Positions 25,723 through 38,062 of a DNA stretch of 64,000 nucleotides are shown here, one piece after another. The position numbers were made by a program, and so were the translations under genes. The notes below the pieces were generated by a model that was given only the letters and a program-made list of their open reading frames with translations, searched no databases and was not told the origin of the DNA. The first letter of the stretch is position 1, and every line of letters starts with the position of its first letter. Origin of the DNA: Eledone cirrhosa (Eukaryota); assembly GCA_964016885.1 (NCBI GenBank), contig OZ024740.1, positions 255,812,001 through 255,876,000 of the forward strand. The letters run 5' to 3'.

Positions 25723-26671
25723 TAATGACTTAATTTTAAAAGAATTGAGAAAAAATTACAGAAAAGCCTCGAGTGAGGATTTATTGGATATCAATAATGA
25801 TGCTTTTGAAATTATCACCAATCTCGGAATAGAACGGAAGATCGAACCTTTCATACCAAGGCAACCGCGGATAAATTTTAAAGACCATAAAAAAATTTCG
25901 AAGAGGACTTACCTGTTAGAAATCCGACCTTGGAATAATTAGTAAAAACATAATAGATAGGATTTTGCCAATGTTAAAATTGAGGTCAAGGCTTAATCAA
26001 TAATATCGAAAATAAGAAAAAATCATAAATTCATTCAAATGGACATAGCGAGTTATTATTCCTCAATAACTCCTAACCTATTAAATAAGGCGCTTTCATA
26101 TACATATAAACACACTAGTGACGAGATTAATATTATTTGAACGGCAAGGCGAACCTTGATTGATTTTAATAATGATTTTTGGACTAGATCTGATAGGCAG
26201 AAGAATTTTGACATTGTTATGGGTTCGTCTAATTCGGCGCAAGTTACCGATCTTGTGGGAATTTTCATCCTTAATATGATAAAGAGAAAACTGCCGGAGA
26301 CTACCGGTGGTTTATATAGAGACGACATATTATTTATTGTAGTTAGACATAATAATAGCGAATTAAATAGAGTAAAGAAAGTATAGAATTCTTTAAAAAT
26401 TATGACCTGGAATTAAAAATAGAAAATAACAATAATATAGTTAATTTTTTAGATGTAACCTTTAATTTAAACTTAGGCCTGTATTACACCTTCCATAAAC
26501 TCAATGAAAACTTAAATTATGTGTGCTTTTACTCTAATCATCCTAAAGGTGTTAAAAATGCAATAGTCAATAGTGTCCAACAACGAATATCCAGACTATC
26601 TGCTAATAGATCCATTTTTAATAGTAAGGCTGGATATTATAATGAAGCGTTACATAAAGCAGGATATAAAA

Positions 26672-26832
26672 ATAATTGTTTCTACTTTTGGCACAAGGCC
26701 AGCAATTACCCAGTCCATTACTGGTATTTATTTTATCGACCCCGTAAGGATGAAAGGCAAAGTTAACCTCAGCGGGACGTAACTCTATGGTTCAAAGCAT
26801 GGTGTCCGACTCTCTACCGATACTGCCAATCC
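26672..26832 (-). mobile_element. SINE inserted in the PLE ORF (B-box deleted)
   Basis: Reverse complement of the SINE, lacking the gatttgaactcag segment. Confidence 0.85.
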
Positions 26833-27209
26833 AAAACTGACTGTAAAAACAACTTGAGGAATAAATCGGGAGAAAAATTAGGACTAGATCTATAATTTGG
26901 TATGCTCCGTCAGCATCTTTAGCTATTAAAACACCTTTAGCACATTTATTTTTTAAAGCCTTGAATAAATGTTTCCCTAGATCACATAAGTATTACTCTA
27001 TCTTCAATAGACACACAGTTAAATTCTCTTATTCAACAACTATGACTATTGCTCAAAATATTGCAAAAATTAATAGTAAAATTCCTAATTTGAACCAGCA
27101 TATAATTAGCGATAATAACAATAATAATAATAATACATTAGTTAATGTGAATAACAATAACAATAGTTTAAATACGAATTATAGTAGAACACCTAGAAAT
27201 AATAATAAT

Positions 27210-27388
27210 AATTGTTTCTACTTTAGGCACAAGGCCACCAATTACCCAGTGCATTACTGGTACTTTATTTTATCGACCCCGTAAGGATGAAAGGCAAAGT
27301 CAACCTCGGCGGGATTTGAACTCAGATCGTAAAGGGACGTAACCATGCTGGAAAGCATGGCGTCCGACCCTCTACCGATACTGCCAAT
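27210..27388 (-). mobile_element. SINE inserted in the PLE ORF
   Basis: Reverse complement of the 12455-type SINE, flanked by (aat)n. Confidence 0.9.
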
Positions 27389-28693
27389 AATAATAATACG
27401 AATAGTTTAGGTTACAGAAATAACATTGAATTGAATTGTAACTGTAGAAGGAAATCTGAATGCCCTTTACAAGATAATTGCCTTGACAAGAATCTAGTAT
27501 ATAAATGTACCATTTAGACAAATAATAATAATACTTATAACTACATTGGTGCCACTTAATCGAACTTTAAGTTTCGCTTTTCCAATCATAAACATTCGTT
27601 TTCTAATCCAGATGAAAAATTTTCTACATCACTATCACAATTAATATGGTCTTTAAAAGAGAAAAATATTAAATACTAAATTTCTTGGAATAAATTAAAG
27701 AATTCCGATTCCTACCGGAACGTTTCCATTTCACCAAATTGCAATCTTTGCAATTTAGAGACTCTATTAATAATTACAAATTATGGTAATTTAATTAATA
27801 AGAAAAAAGAATTATTCGGAAGCTGTCTAGATAAGTCTGGAAGAACCTTTCAAGCATTATACAAATTTCGAAAAAATATTGACTATGAAAAAATATTGAC
27901 TATTAATAATTCTTGAAATATTATTATTATGATTATATACATAACGTTTTGCCTTACCTTAAAAATTGTATATCGTTTTTATATAGTAAATTAATCTCAT
28001 GATGAGACTCGGTATACTAAGTTTGGATTTAGAATGGTCAGTGTGTAACTAGAAATTTCTGAATTTGCGGTTTGAAATATCTTTGGGCTTTCAAAATACT
28101 TAAATATCTTAAATGTTCACATATGATGAACGAGTTATCTTCCTTTGTTTTACATTCTTCGTAAATAATTTTGTTCTGTCCAAATGGCCTGCTAATGTAT
28201 ATTTAACATAATTTATACAGTTTAATCATATACGAAAAATCCTTAAAGGGAAACTATATATAAGATGTAATTACGGAAGTAAAATCGTAATAATAATACT
28301 TTTAAGAGTAAATATAACTACTAATTAATCTAATGAAATGACAACCAATGAATTTAAATGATTTTATAATGAAAATAGAATAATTCAAATAATAATTCTT
28401 AACATAATATATACTGATGGTGATATATGCATGGGTTTTAGTAAATATCCTTATACATATTTAATAGGTATTTAAACTTGCTTTAAAAATGTTTTTGATT
28501 AGTGTAACAAAATATTACTTAATTAAACTATGGTTCTGATTGGTATAGAAAATATTTTTATATTGATTAATTTTGATATAATATATTAGTATAATTATCT
28601 TAAACATAACCAAATACAAAAGATATTAAAAAATGTCATAGTATTTAATTGGTCAATTCTATTTGACTTAATATTTGAAAGCAACGGTCACAC

Positions 28694-28846
<153 letters not shown>

Positions 28847-29203
28847 TTTTCTTTCCTAATACGTATATTTACGGATTTAAATATTTATATATGTATGTAT
28901 TTATTTATTTTATTCTTGCATTTCCTCATACTCACCCCCTCCTTATACCCATATCTCGCTCCATATCCTTTTCTTCATTAAATTTAAGTTTAACATGTTA
29001 TTATTTGTGGTATATAAATGTTGAGATTTGTTGTAGCCAATACTGGAATTGAACCATCAAGACCATTGAGGTATGTCATACGTCAATTCATGTATTTTAT
29101 CTGACGAGGACGTACTGATAAAAACAGCACAGAACCTTCAAAATATATATAATAAAACATATAATTTGATTATGTGAATGTCTTCATATTTATTAATATT
29201 CTG

Positions 29204-29253
<50 letters not shown>

Positions 29254-29616
29254 AAATAGGATGAAAAAAAATGATTATTAGGAAGAAAAATATATATTTT
29301 TCCTTTATTTTTTTCTCTTTTTCCTGAGTTAGAAAATGTTTCAAAACAAAATATTTTACTTTGTGTGAAGTGTTGAGGTATTAGTTAATTTATTTATTAA
29401 TTAACAATAGAATTGATTGATTTATTTATTTATTTATTTATTTAATAATTGTCAATACAAAATGAGCGCACGTATATGTGGATGCATGTGTATATGCATC
29501 TGTGTGTATGTGTGTGTGTAATATTACGTTGTAGTTGTAGACAAAGCACAGTTATATTTTCTCCCGCCCATCACAATCATCACCATCATCAACTAAGGAT
29601 ATTCCTAAGTGACAGA

Positions 29617-29752
29617 TCAGTTGGTAGAAAGGCATTGGATCATGGGGTTCTCCGAAGATTTCATCTATTCTTTCCTCAGCATATGTTTCAGTTGCGACAA
29701 ACGCAGGTTTGGATTTTCCTGTTTCAAAATTAGGTAGTCGTCTCTCTTCAAA
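29617..29752 (-). pseudogene. CCDC124: CCDC124/Lso2-like C-terminal fragment (frameshift + nonsense)
   Basis: FEERRLP/(+1)ILKQENPNLRLSQLKHMLRKE*MKSSENPMIQ resembles the recalled CCDC124 C-terminus FEE..LP.LKQENPN.RLSQLK.LL.KEW..SP.NPMNQ; the W codon is TAG. Confidence 0.8.
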
Positions 29753-29782
29753 TATGTATACATACATATATATATATACATG

Positions 29783-29835
<53 letters not shown>

Positions 29836-30023
29836 ATAATAATAAAATTGAAGACTAAATCCAGAGAGGGCTCGATAAGGAAAATATATATCAAATATAT
29901 AAGAACCGAAGAGCAAATATTTATTAAAATAACAGATTAAAGTTTAAGCAAAGAATCGCTTACGAGAATAGACCTAGAAGAAATAGATCCCGTCGCATTT
30001 GTTGGTTTAACCCACCATATAAT

Positions 30024-30674
30024 ATGGAGGTGGCCACACCATTAGCTAAGATCTTTCTTTCCTTTATTACGAAGCATTTTCCCCCTACACATAAACATAG
30101 TAAAATTTTTAATAGAAACACTATTAAAATTTCTTACTCAACGACTCCTAACCTTGCACATAACATCACAGCTTCAAATTTAGCTAAAATACCTAGCCGT
30201 AGGAACACGTGCAACCCTGTAGTTAGTACTAACTGTAATTGTAGGAATCGGGCTGATTGTCCCCTATCCGGGAAATGCCTCTCTAGTAACATTGTCTACA
30301 AATGTAAGGTTGTAACACCCACGTCCCGTAGGGCCTACATAGGGTTAACCGCCAATAGTTTCAAGCAGCGTCTTTACATGCATACCCATTCTTTTCGTTA
30401 CCCTCTAAGAAAGAATATGACGTCACTTTCAGCTTATATCTGGAGTCTAAAAGACAACCACACCCAATATAAGTTACACTGGGAGATCCTAGCTAGGGCT
30501 AGATCGTATAACGGAAATAAAAGACCATGTGACCTCTGCGCCGCTGAGGCCCTGGAAATACTCTACGCCACAGACCACATCTTAAACAAAAAATCTGAGG
30601 CAATTTCGGCTTGTAAACATAAATTGCACAAAACTTTCCTGTATTACAGCCCTACGTTATACCCTAACGGATAG
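30024..30674 (+). pseudogene. Duplicated 3' part of the PLE ORF (GIY-YIG endonuclease) in the upstream partial repeat
   Basis: Matches the C-terminal 216 aa of ORF 31803-33932 except two residues seen (F/L, H/Y). Confidence 0.85.
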
Positions 30675-31599
30675 CACGATCTATACGTGGATATTTACGT
30701 CTTGATGTGGGAGCTAAGTATATGTTTTGTTTATTCCTTTACTTATTTGCATAGGTAAGTATATATTACCCGTTTGTTTTGTGAAGGTATGTATACCTTC
30801 TCGTACGTATATTTGACTGTTTTGGCGTATAATTTTTACATATTCTGGTATTTAGGGCTTGGTTATGTGTATATGGGAGTTTTGCGTCTGCGTGAGTATG
30901 CAGGTTCGTACGTATGGTGGGTGTGTGTATATGTGTACTTCTTGTTTTAGTTGACTTACGTCTCCGAACCTTCATGTATTTATTTGTAGGTATGTGTGTG
31001 CGCTTGTTATATACGTATTTATTTACTTATATACATTTATATAATTATTTATTTATTTGTACACAAGCATACACACATACACATATTTATATGTGCGTGG
31101 TTTTGTATACCTATGGTAAGGTTTTGCGTATGCTTGTGTATGTACGTTTCTGTTTGCGTGTATGTATTTATTTGTTCCTATTACTTTTGTACTGTATTTA
31201 TTTACTTTGTTCTTAACTCTGTAGCGGAGATTCATTCGGTCTCCTAGTTAGAATTTTAGTCTACGACTTCTGCTATACCATTTACGTGGTTTTGTCTTTG
31301 CACGCTATTGTTCTCCACGCTCCATATATGACTTATTATCTTCGTTTTTCGTTCATTGCCAGAGAACGTCTCTATGCACCACTTAGAGAACATTAGTCTA
31401 CAACCTCTTTTATACCATAAACGTGGTTCTGTCCTTGCACGTAATTGTTTTTCACCGCTCCTATTAATGACGTATTATTCGTTTTTTCCCGTTCTTTGCC
31501 AGCGAACGTCACCATGAACCAAAGTATCGTCTTCCTGTCTTCCTCCGGTTGCAACGTTTTTTGAAATATCCAGTTCTGCGTTTACAGATTGACTTTGTT

Positions 31600-31650
31600 A
31601 GTTTCAGAAGATCCCGTTAAGGGTGAAAGCAGCGATTCTTTGCTTAAACT
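31600..31650 (+). ncRNA. Hammerhead-like motif with CAGAAGA core (U4A); identical copy at 34859-34909
   Basis: agttt-CAGAAGA-tccc(gttaa)gggt-GAAA-gcag(cgattct)ttgc-TT-aaact, at the expected pLTR position. Confidence 0.7.
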
Positions 31651-31802
31651 TTAATCTGTTATTTTAATAAATATTTGCTCTTCGGTTCTTATATATTTGA
31701 TATATATTTTCCTTATCGAGCCCTCTCTGGATTTAGTCTTCAATTTTATTATTATTACTATTTGGCTCCTTCGGTTGAGCACTCTACTGACTTATATTCA
31801 TC

Positions 31803-33932
31803 ATGCAGAAACAACATCTGAATATTTCTACAAAGAACATACCCGTACCAAGCAGGAAAACATACCTAAAACTCCTGATACAGAAAACAGACGCGTTCAT
31901 TAAAAGGTTGCGTTGGCGTGCCTTTTATTACGATAATCCGCGAAAAGCAGACAACAAGCAGGACAAATTTGGATTTAAAACCTATAATAATCCTCCGTGG
32001 AACCCAGCATTGCTACCCTTCGAAAATGATGTCTTGGAACTCATTCGGAGTATCAAATTTCGGAATAGGAGCAATTCCTTCCAGCAAGACCTGAAGAATA
32101 AAATTCGTTCTATTAAGGATTCTAACGCCGTGCACGTCCATTCCGACAAAACTGGCAACCTATATCAAGTGGAGCGCAGTACTTACCATCAACTACTACA
32201 TAATGCTGTAACTAAGGATTACCGTAAAACTAATCGGTGTGTCATCAATGAAATCAACGATGCTGGGTTTAAAATCACATCTGATCTCAACATCCTGGAC
32301 CGGACCGAACCCCTGGACCCTATCTCTCCCAACTTTACCCTGAAGGACCACAAATCCAATTTTCCGAACAACCCCTCTATTCGGCTTATTAACCCTACGA
32401 AGTCCGATTTAGGTAGACTTAGTAAAACGATTCTTGATAGAATTATACCTGAAATTAGAAGTTTGGCCCCTCTCGCACTGTGGAACAATTCTTTCGCGGT
32501 GATTGATTGGTTCAACGGCATATGTAACAAGGAACATTGCCGTTTTATCCAATTCGACATCAACAATTACTACTCCTCCATCACTTTACCACTTCTCCTT
32601 AGAGCTATCAATTTCGCTAAAACACTCACAGTGGTTAAGGATTTCGAAGTTGATGTCATCCTTAATGCCCGAAAGTCGGTGATTAATTTCGACGATTCTA
32701 TTTGGATTAAAAAATCCAATAGTACCCCATTCGACGTGAGTATGGGCGCCAGTGACTCTGCGGAGGTTACTGATCTTATTGGCCTTTTCCTTCTTTTCTC
32801 TATCAAGGACGAATTCCTCAACGCGGGCGGTGGTTTGTACCGTGACGATGGCCTTTTGACCATGACTAAGCGCGGACCTCGTGCTTGCGACAGATTCAGA
32901 AAAGAACTCACAGCCTTCTTTAAAGGCTTCAACCTCTCTATACAGGTTGAGGCCAATCTCTCGGTCGTTAATTACCTCGATGTTACCCTCAATTTATTGA
33001 ATGGGTTGCATTACCCGTATAGAAAGCCGAATGATACGCTTAATTACATAAGTAAGCATTCCAAACATCCTGCCAGCATAACCAAGAACCTGGAAAGAAA
33101 CGTTTCGTTGAGGCTTTCCCGTCTTTCCACCAACGAGCGCATTTTCAACGACCATTCCACTTATTACAATGAAGCTCTTGCTCGAAGTGGATTTGTCGAT
33201 AAGGTAGCATATACAGAGTACGAGAATAGACCTAGAAGAAATAGATCCCGTCGCATTTGTTGGTTTAACCCACCATATAATATGGAGGTGGCCACACCAT
33301 TAGCTAAGATCTTTCTTTCCCTTATTACGAAGCATTTTCCCCCTACACATAAATATAGTAAAATTTTTAATAGAAACACTATTAAAATTTCTTACTCAAC
33401 GACTCCTAACCTTGCACATAACATCACAGCTTCAAATTTAGCTAAAATACCTAGCCGTAGGAACACGTGCAACCCTGTAGTTAGTACTAACTGTAATTGT
33501 AGGAATCGGGCTGATTGTCCCCTATCCGGGAAATGCCTCTCTAGTAACATTGTCTACAAATGTAAGGTTGTAACACCCACGTCCCGTAGGGCCTACATAG
33601 GGTTAACCGCCAATAGTTTCAAGCAGCGTCTTTACATGCATACCCATTCTTTTCGTTACCCTCTAAGAAAGAATATGACGTCACTTTCAGCTTATATCTG
33701 GAGTCTAAAAGACAACCACACCCAATATAAGTTACACTGGGAGATCCTAGCTAGGGCTAGATCGTATAACGGAAATAAAAGACCATGTGACCTCTGCGCC
33801 GCTGAGGCCCTGGAAATACTCTACGCCACAGACCACATCTTAAACAAAAAATCTGAGGCAATTTCGGCTTGTAAACATAAATTGCACAAAACTTTCCTGT
33901 ATTACAGCCCTACGTTATACCCTAACGGATAG
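31803..33932 (+). CDS. Penelope-like (Naiad-type) reverse transcriptase + GIY-YIG endonuclease, intact 709 aa
   Basis: SDKTGNLY, IRLINPTKSDLG, FIQFDINNYYSSI, FDVSMGASDSAEVTDLIG, GLYRDDGL, NYLDVTL, WFNPPY, CNCRNRADCPLSGKCL, VYKC...YIGLTANSFKQR...H..SF, CDLC. Confidence 0.93.
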   Translation: MQKQHLNISTKNIPVPSRKTYLKLLIQKTDAFIKRLRWRAFYYDNPRKADNKQDKFGFKTYNNPPWNPALLPFENDVLELIRSIKFRNRSNSFQQDLKNKIRSIKDSNAVHVHSDKTGNLYQVERSTYHQLLHNAVTKDYRKTNRCVINEINDAGFKITSDLNILDRTEPLDPISPNFTLKDHKSNFPNNPSIRLINPTKSDLGRLSKTILDRIIPEIRSLAPLALWNNSFAVIDWFNGICNKEHCRFIQFDINNYYSSITLPLLLRAINFAKTLTVVKDFEVDVILNARKSVINFDDSIWIKKSNSTPFDVSMGASDSAEVTDLIGLFLLFSIKDEFLNAGGGLYRDDGLLTMTKRGPRACDRFRKELTAFFKGFNLSIQVEANLSVVNYLDVTLNLLNGLHYPYRKPNDTLNYISKHSKHPASITKNLERNVSLRLSRLSTNERIFNDHSTYYNEALARSGFVDKVAYTEYENRPRRNRSRRICWFNPPYNMEVATPLAKIFLSLITKHFPPTHKYSKIFNRNTIKISYSTTPNLAHNITASNLAKIPSRRNTCNPVVSTNCNCRNRADCPLSGKCLSSNIVYKCKVVTPTSRRAYIGLTANSFKQRLYMHTHSFRYPLRKNMTSLSAYIWSLKDNHTQYKLHWEILARARSYNGNKRPCDLCAAEALEILYATDHILNKKSEAISACKHKLHKTFLYYSPTLYPNG

Positions 33933-34977
33933 CACGATCTATACGTGGATATTTACGTCTTGATGTGGGAGCTAAGTATATGTTTTGTTTATTCCTTTAC
34001 TTATTTGCATAGGTAAGTATATATTACCCGTATGTTTTGTGAAGGTATGTATACCTTCTCGTACGTATATTTGACTGTTTTGGCGTATAATTTTTACATA
34101 TTCTGGTATTTAGGGCTTGGTTATGTGTATATGGGAGTTTTGCGTCTGCGTGAGTATGCAGGTTCGTACGTATGGTGGGTGTGTGTATATGTGTACTTCT
34201 TGTTTTAGTTGACTTACGTCTCCGAACCTTCATGTATTTATTTGTAGGTATGTGTGTGCGCTTGTTATATACGTATTTATTTACTTATATACGTTTATAT
34301 AATTATTTATTTATTTGTACACAAGCATACACACATACACATATTTATATGTGCGTGGTTTTGTATACCTATGGTAAGGTTTTGCGTATGCTTGTGTATG
34401 TACGTTTCTGTTTGCGTGTATGTATTTATTTGTTCCTATTACTTTTGTATTGTACTTATTTACTTTCTTCTTAACTCTGTAGCGGAGATTCATTCGGTCT
34501 CCTAGTTAGAATTTTAGTCTACGACTTCTGCTATACCATTTACGTGGTTTTGTCTTTGCACGCTATTGTTCTCCACGCTCCACATATGACTTATTATCTT
34601 CGTTTTTTCGTTCATTGCCAGAGAACGTCTCTATGCACCACTCAGAGAACATTAGTCTACTACCTCTTTTATACCATAAACGTGGTTCTGTCCTTGCACG
34701 TAATTGTTTTTCACCACTCCTATTAATGACGTATTATTCGTTTTTTCCCTTTCTTTGCCAGCGAACGTCACCATGAACCAAAGTATCGTCTTCCTGTCTT
34801 CCTCCGGTTGCAACGTTTTTTGAAATATCCAGTTCTGCGTTTACAGATTGACTTTGTTAGTTTCAGAAGATCCCGTTAAGGGTGAAAGCAGCGATTCTTT
34901 GCTTAAACTTTAATCTGTTATTTTAATAAATATATATATATATATATATACATGCATACATACATACATATATATAT

Positions 34978-35056
<79 letters not shown>

Positions 35057-35222
35057 TATATACAGTATTTACGTATCGAGAGAGAGAAAAAGGGGAGGAT
35101 AGGTGATACATATAGTTATTTGCAAAGTAGCGTATGCCAAAGCTGCTCGATACTAGTGCGGGCAGTATTAAATATTCGAAGTGTTAATATTTAGTGGACT
35201 AGAGAGTTAGCAGAGCGTAAGC

Positions 35223-37076
35223 ACGTGGGAAAGTAAGAAATCGGAGAATAGACCGTTAAAACATGTTTATTTAAAACAGCACCTACGTACGTTTCGCCCA
35301 GTTGGGCTTCTCAAGGGTATAAATAATCAAAAGTGTTCCTTACATTGCTCGGAAAGAGTTTTGGGGGTTAAATCCACGTCAAGATTCATTGCTCACTAAA
35401 ATAGCTTGTTTTGCAGCAGGTCAAGGGAGGTAACTCTGGCCGGTGTTAGCGAAGTCTTTCCCGGACAAATTTTTTATCCGCTACGAGATGAAGTTACAAC
35501 CTTACCATTGTCGATACGCATGTAATCAACGCTTATTTTGAGAGTTTTTTTTCCGCATCTGTATGTCTGAGTCGTTTGAGGCTGGGTCTGGTATGCAAGG
35601 ATAGTTTCCTGGATGTTATTTTGCAGCGCCTGCCTGCCGGGAGATCCGGTGCACGGTTTCACTCATCATCCTTAACCCATCTGAAGAAGGATATTTTTAA
35701 GCGATGTGTACAACTCATCGCTGTTTCAGCTCTGCTGTTGGTGAGCTCGTGGGGTGCAGTTATGATGTGGTAGAGCTCCATGAGGCAAAGATCGCATTTC
35801 CTCTTGAAGTTGTACGGTGCAGCCCTGCCGACAATATCCCAGTGCGTGGAGAAGCTGATGTTTAAGTCCTTTAGTGATGTTATGTAGTCCGCGAGCGAAG
35901 TGGAGTGTCTTAGTTTTTATTTGTGAAAGAGTGATGTGTTCGAAACCTAATTTTGAACGGGGCAGAGGTAGCCCCTATATAATGTTTAACGCTATTGTGG
36001 CTAGTTATAGTGCATCTATATATAACCCTATCAGTCAAACAGTATCCTCTAAGGAGGCAGCGTCCTCTGTCGCGGCAGTTGCAATTTCTGTCGCGGTTCC
36101 GTCTATTTCCCACGGTAAGGCTATCATTGTTGCTGCCTACGTTGTTACCTATGCTCCCGCAGCTGTCATTATCACCATTACAACCCACAGCACGCGGGGT
36201 GGTGCGATTGTTATTCCGCACGTCATGTCCTGCATGTTCCCCAGTCATTTCGCGGTTATGTTGGTTGCGTCTGCGGATGCCGTTGCCAACACTATTGGAT
36301 CCTGCCAGGGAGTTGTTAAGGCGGATATAGTTATTGTCAGGTGTAGGTGCGTCTGTGTCGAGGTGTTGTGTCTTGGTGATCTTACTGTGGTTAGTTGATC
36401 CTATGATGTCTGCTAGGTTAGGAGTAGTAGAGAAGGATATTTTTATATTGTTCCTATTAAGACTTTTTCTATACATATGGTTGGGCGGGAAGTTCTTCTC
36501 TAAGGCTTAGAAGAACATCCGGGGTATGTTGGAGGCCACACTCCGAGAGTGGGGGGGGGGGGGGGGACAATAGGACGATGCGGTGGCGATTACGTGTCGT
36601 TGTACGTTTGCTACGGGTGGTTCCATCTAGGTGACCGCTCTTATGTGTGTTAATGCGCCGTCGCCCGTTCGATGCCTCTTTCACTTTATGCTCGGGTGCA
36701 CTCATCTTACCTCTTCCATGTTTATGTACAGGAAGATGTTGGTTGGAAGGCGTTGGTAGTAGGCCGTCGCCTTTGTTGGTTTTGTAATAGGGGAATAGTT
36801 CGAGTAATCTACAGTGGTCACCGTCGCCGGGGTCGTGATCTTTAGTGCGATTATCTATTATATTATATCCGACTTCAACGAGGTCGCCGCGTGATCGGTT
36901 ATAGGTATGGCTTACTATCACGTTCGTTTTATGAGGGGGTTGGTTTCTAGAGCAATGTAAGGAACACGTTTGATTATTTATGCCCTTGAGAAGCCCAACT
37001 GGGCGAAACGTACGTAGGTGCTGTTTTAAATAAACATGTTTTAACGGTCTATTCTCCGATTTCTTACTTTCCCACG
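35223..37076 (-). mobile_element. 5'-truncated Naiad-like PLE with inverted pLTR ends
   Basis: ORF 35910-36476: NRNNIKISFSTTPNLA...CNCRDRGRCLLRGYCL...IYRC...YIGATSAPFKIRF; 35223-35350 is the reverse complement of 36950-37076. Confidence 0.85.
36981..37020 (+). ncRNA. Hammerhead, U3-A8 core variant (mirror copy at 35280-35320, minus strand)
   Basis: gccc-TTGAGAA-gccc(aact)gggc-GAAAC-gtac-GTA-ggtg; stem I is weak. Confidence 0.7.
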
Positions 37077-37117
37077 TATATATATATATATTTATATATA
37101 TATATATTAGCAGATGG

Positions 37118-37206
<89 letters not shown>

Positions 37207-37210
<4 letters not shown>

Positions 37211-37445
37211 ACAGAGGAGACTGAGGTTAGCTGTACATGCTCACCGACATCCAGAGTTGACATTGCATTCAGTGCTCCTTTGGGAGCCCCTACATGGACA
37301 CACTGGAAGAGGAAGACCAAGGTTAACGTATGTTGATGCCCTAAGGACAGACACTGGTCTGTTGGAGACGCAGGACATGGCAGCGATAATGAGGGACAGA
37401 GACCGCTGGAGAGAACTCGTCCATGGATTTCGGGTATTTTAGCCG
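37207..37445 (+). mobile_element. RTE/RTE-X-like LINE 3' end
   Basis: RRLRLAVHAHRH...VLLWEPLHGHTGRGRPRLTYVDAL..DTG...MRDRDRWRELV. Confidence 0.75.
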
Positions 37446-37659
37446 CCCTAGAAAAAATATATATGTGTGTGTGTGTGGCGTTAGCGGTTGTAGCGCAATT
37501 GAACTACAGTTAAATCAAATCACAGTTACCCTCTTAATAAACTTTAACAAATGTTTACGCGGAAAAGACACAAGAATGCCATCTTCTTATCTCCTCATCA
37601 GACACCTTCTGGAAATAGGATTTCGAACGTTGTGGGGTTGGATAGTATTACTATTGATA

Positions 37660-38062
37660 CCCCCCCCCCCCCCCACACACACACACACTATAACACCACC
37701 AGCCCTAGCAGCAGCAATACCACCACCACCACCACCAACACAAACAGCATCACCACTTTAGCAGCGTCATCCCACTTTCAGCACCACCATTAGTTGCACT
37801 ACCAACAACAAAACTACCCTCGCCACCACTATCACGACCACGAACACCACCATCACCATCAAAACCACCATTACCCTTCCCCCTCGCCTCCCCCTACATA
37901 AACAACACCACTATCACCAACACCGCCACCATCACGATTACTCACAACCACTATAACACCACCTGCCCCACCAGAAGCAGCAGTAGCAGCAGCAGCAGCA
38001 CCACCACCACCATCACCACCACCACCACCACCACCACCACCACCACCACCACCACCTAACAA
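37660..38062. repeat. (CAC)n/(CAG)n low-complexity tract
   Basis: Direct inspection. Confidence 0.85.

Larger units (their letters stand above)
29835..34930 (+). mobile_element. Young Naiad-like PLE in partial-tandem arrangement with an inverted 5' segment
   Basis: 29961-31670 is nearly identical to 33219-34929 (offset ~3258); 29835-29960 is an inverted copy of ~31631-31757; (TA)n on both flanks. Confidence 0.92.

Noticed and set aside
27990-28070. Possible SECIS (ATGATGAGAC...TCTGAA) in the 3' UTR of the degenerate Naiad-like PLE, since some Naiads are selenoproteins
   Set aside because: The helix pairs poorly, and the endonuclease cysteines here and in ORF 31803-33932 are TGT/TGC. The in-frame TGA near 26138 aligns to Leu, not Cys. 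SECISearch would settle it.
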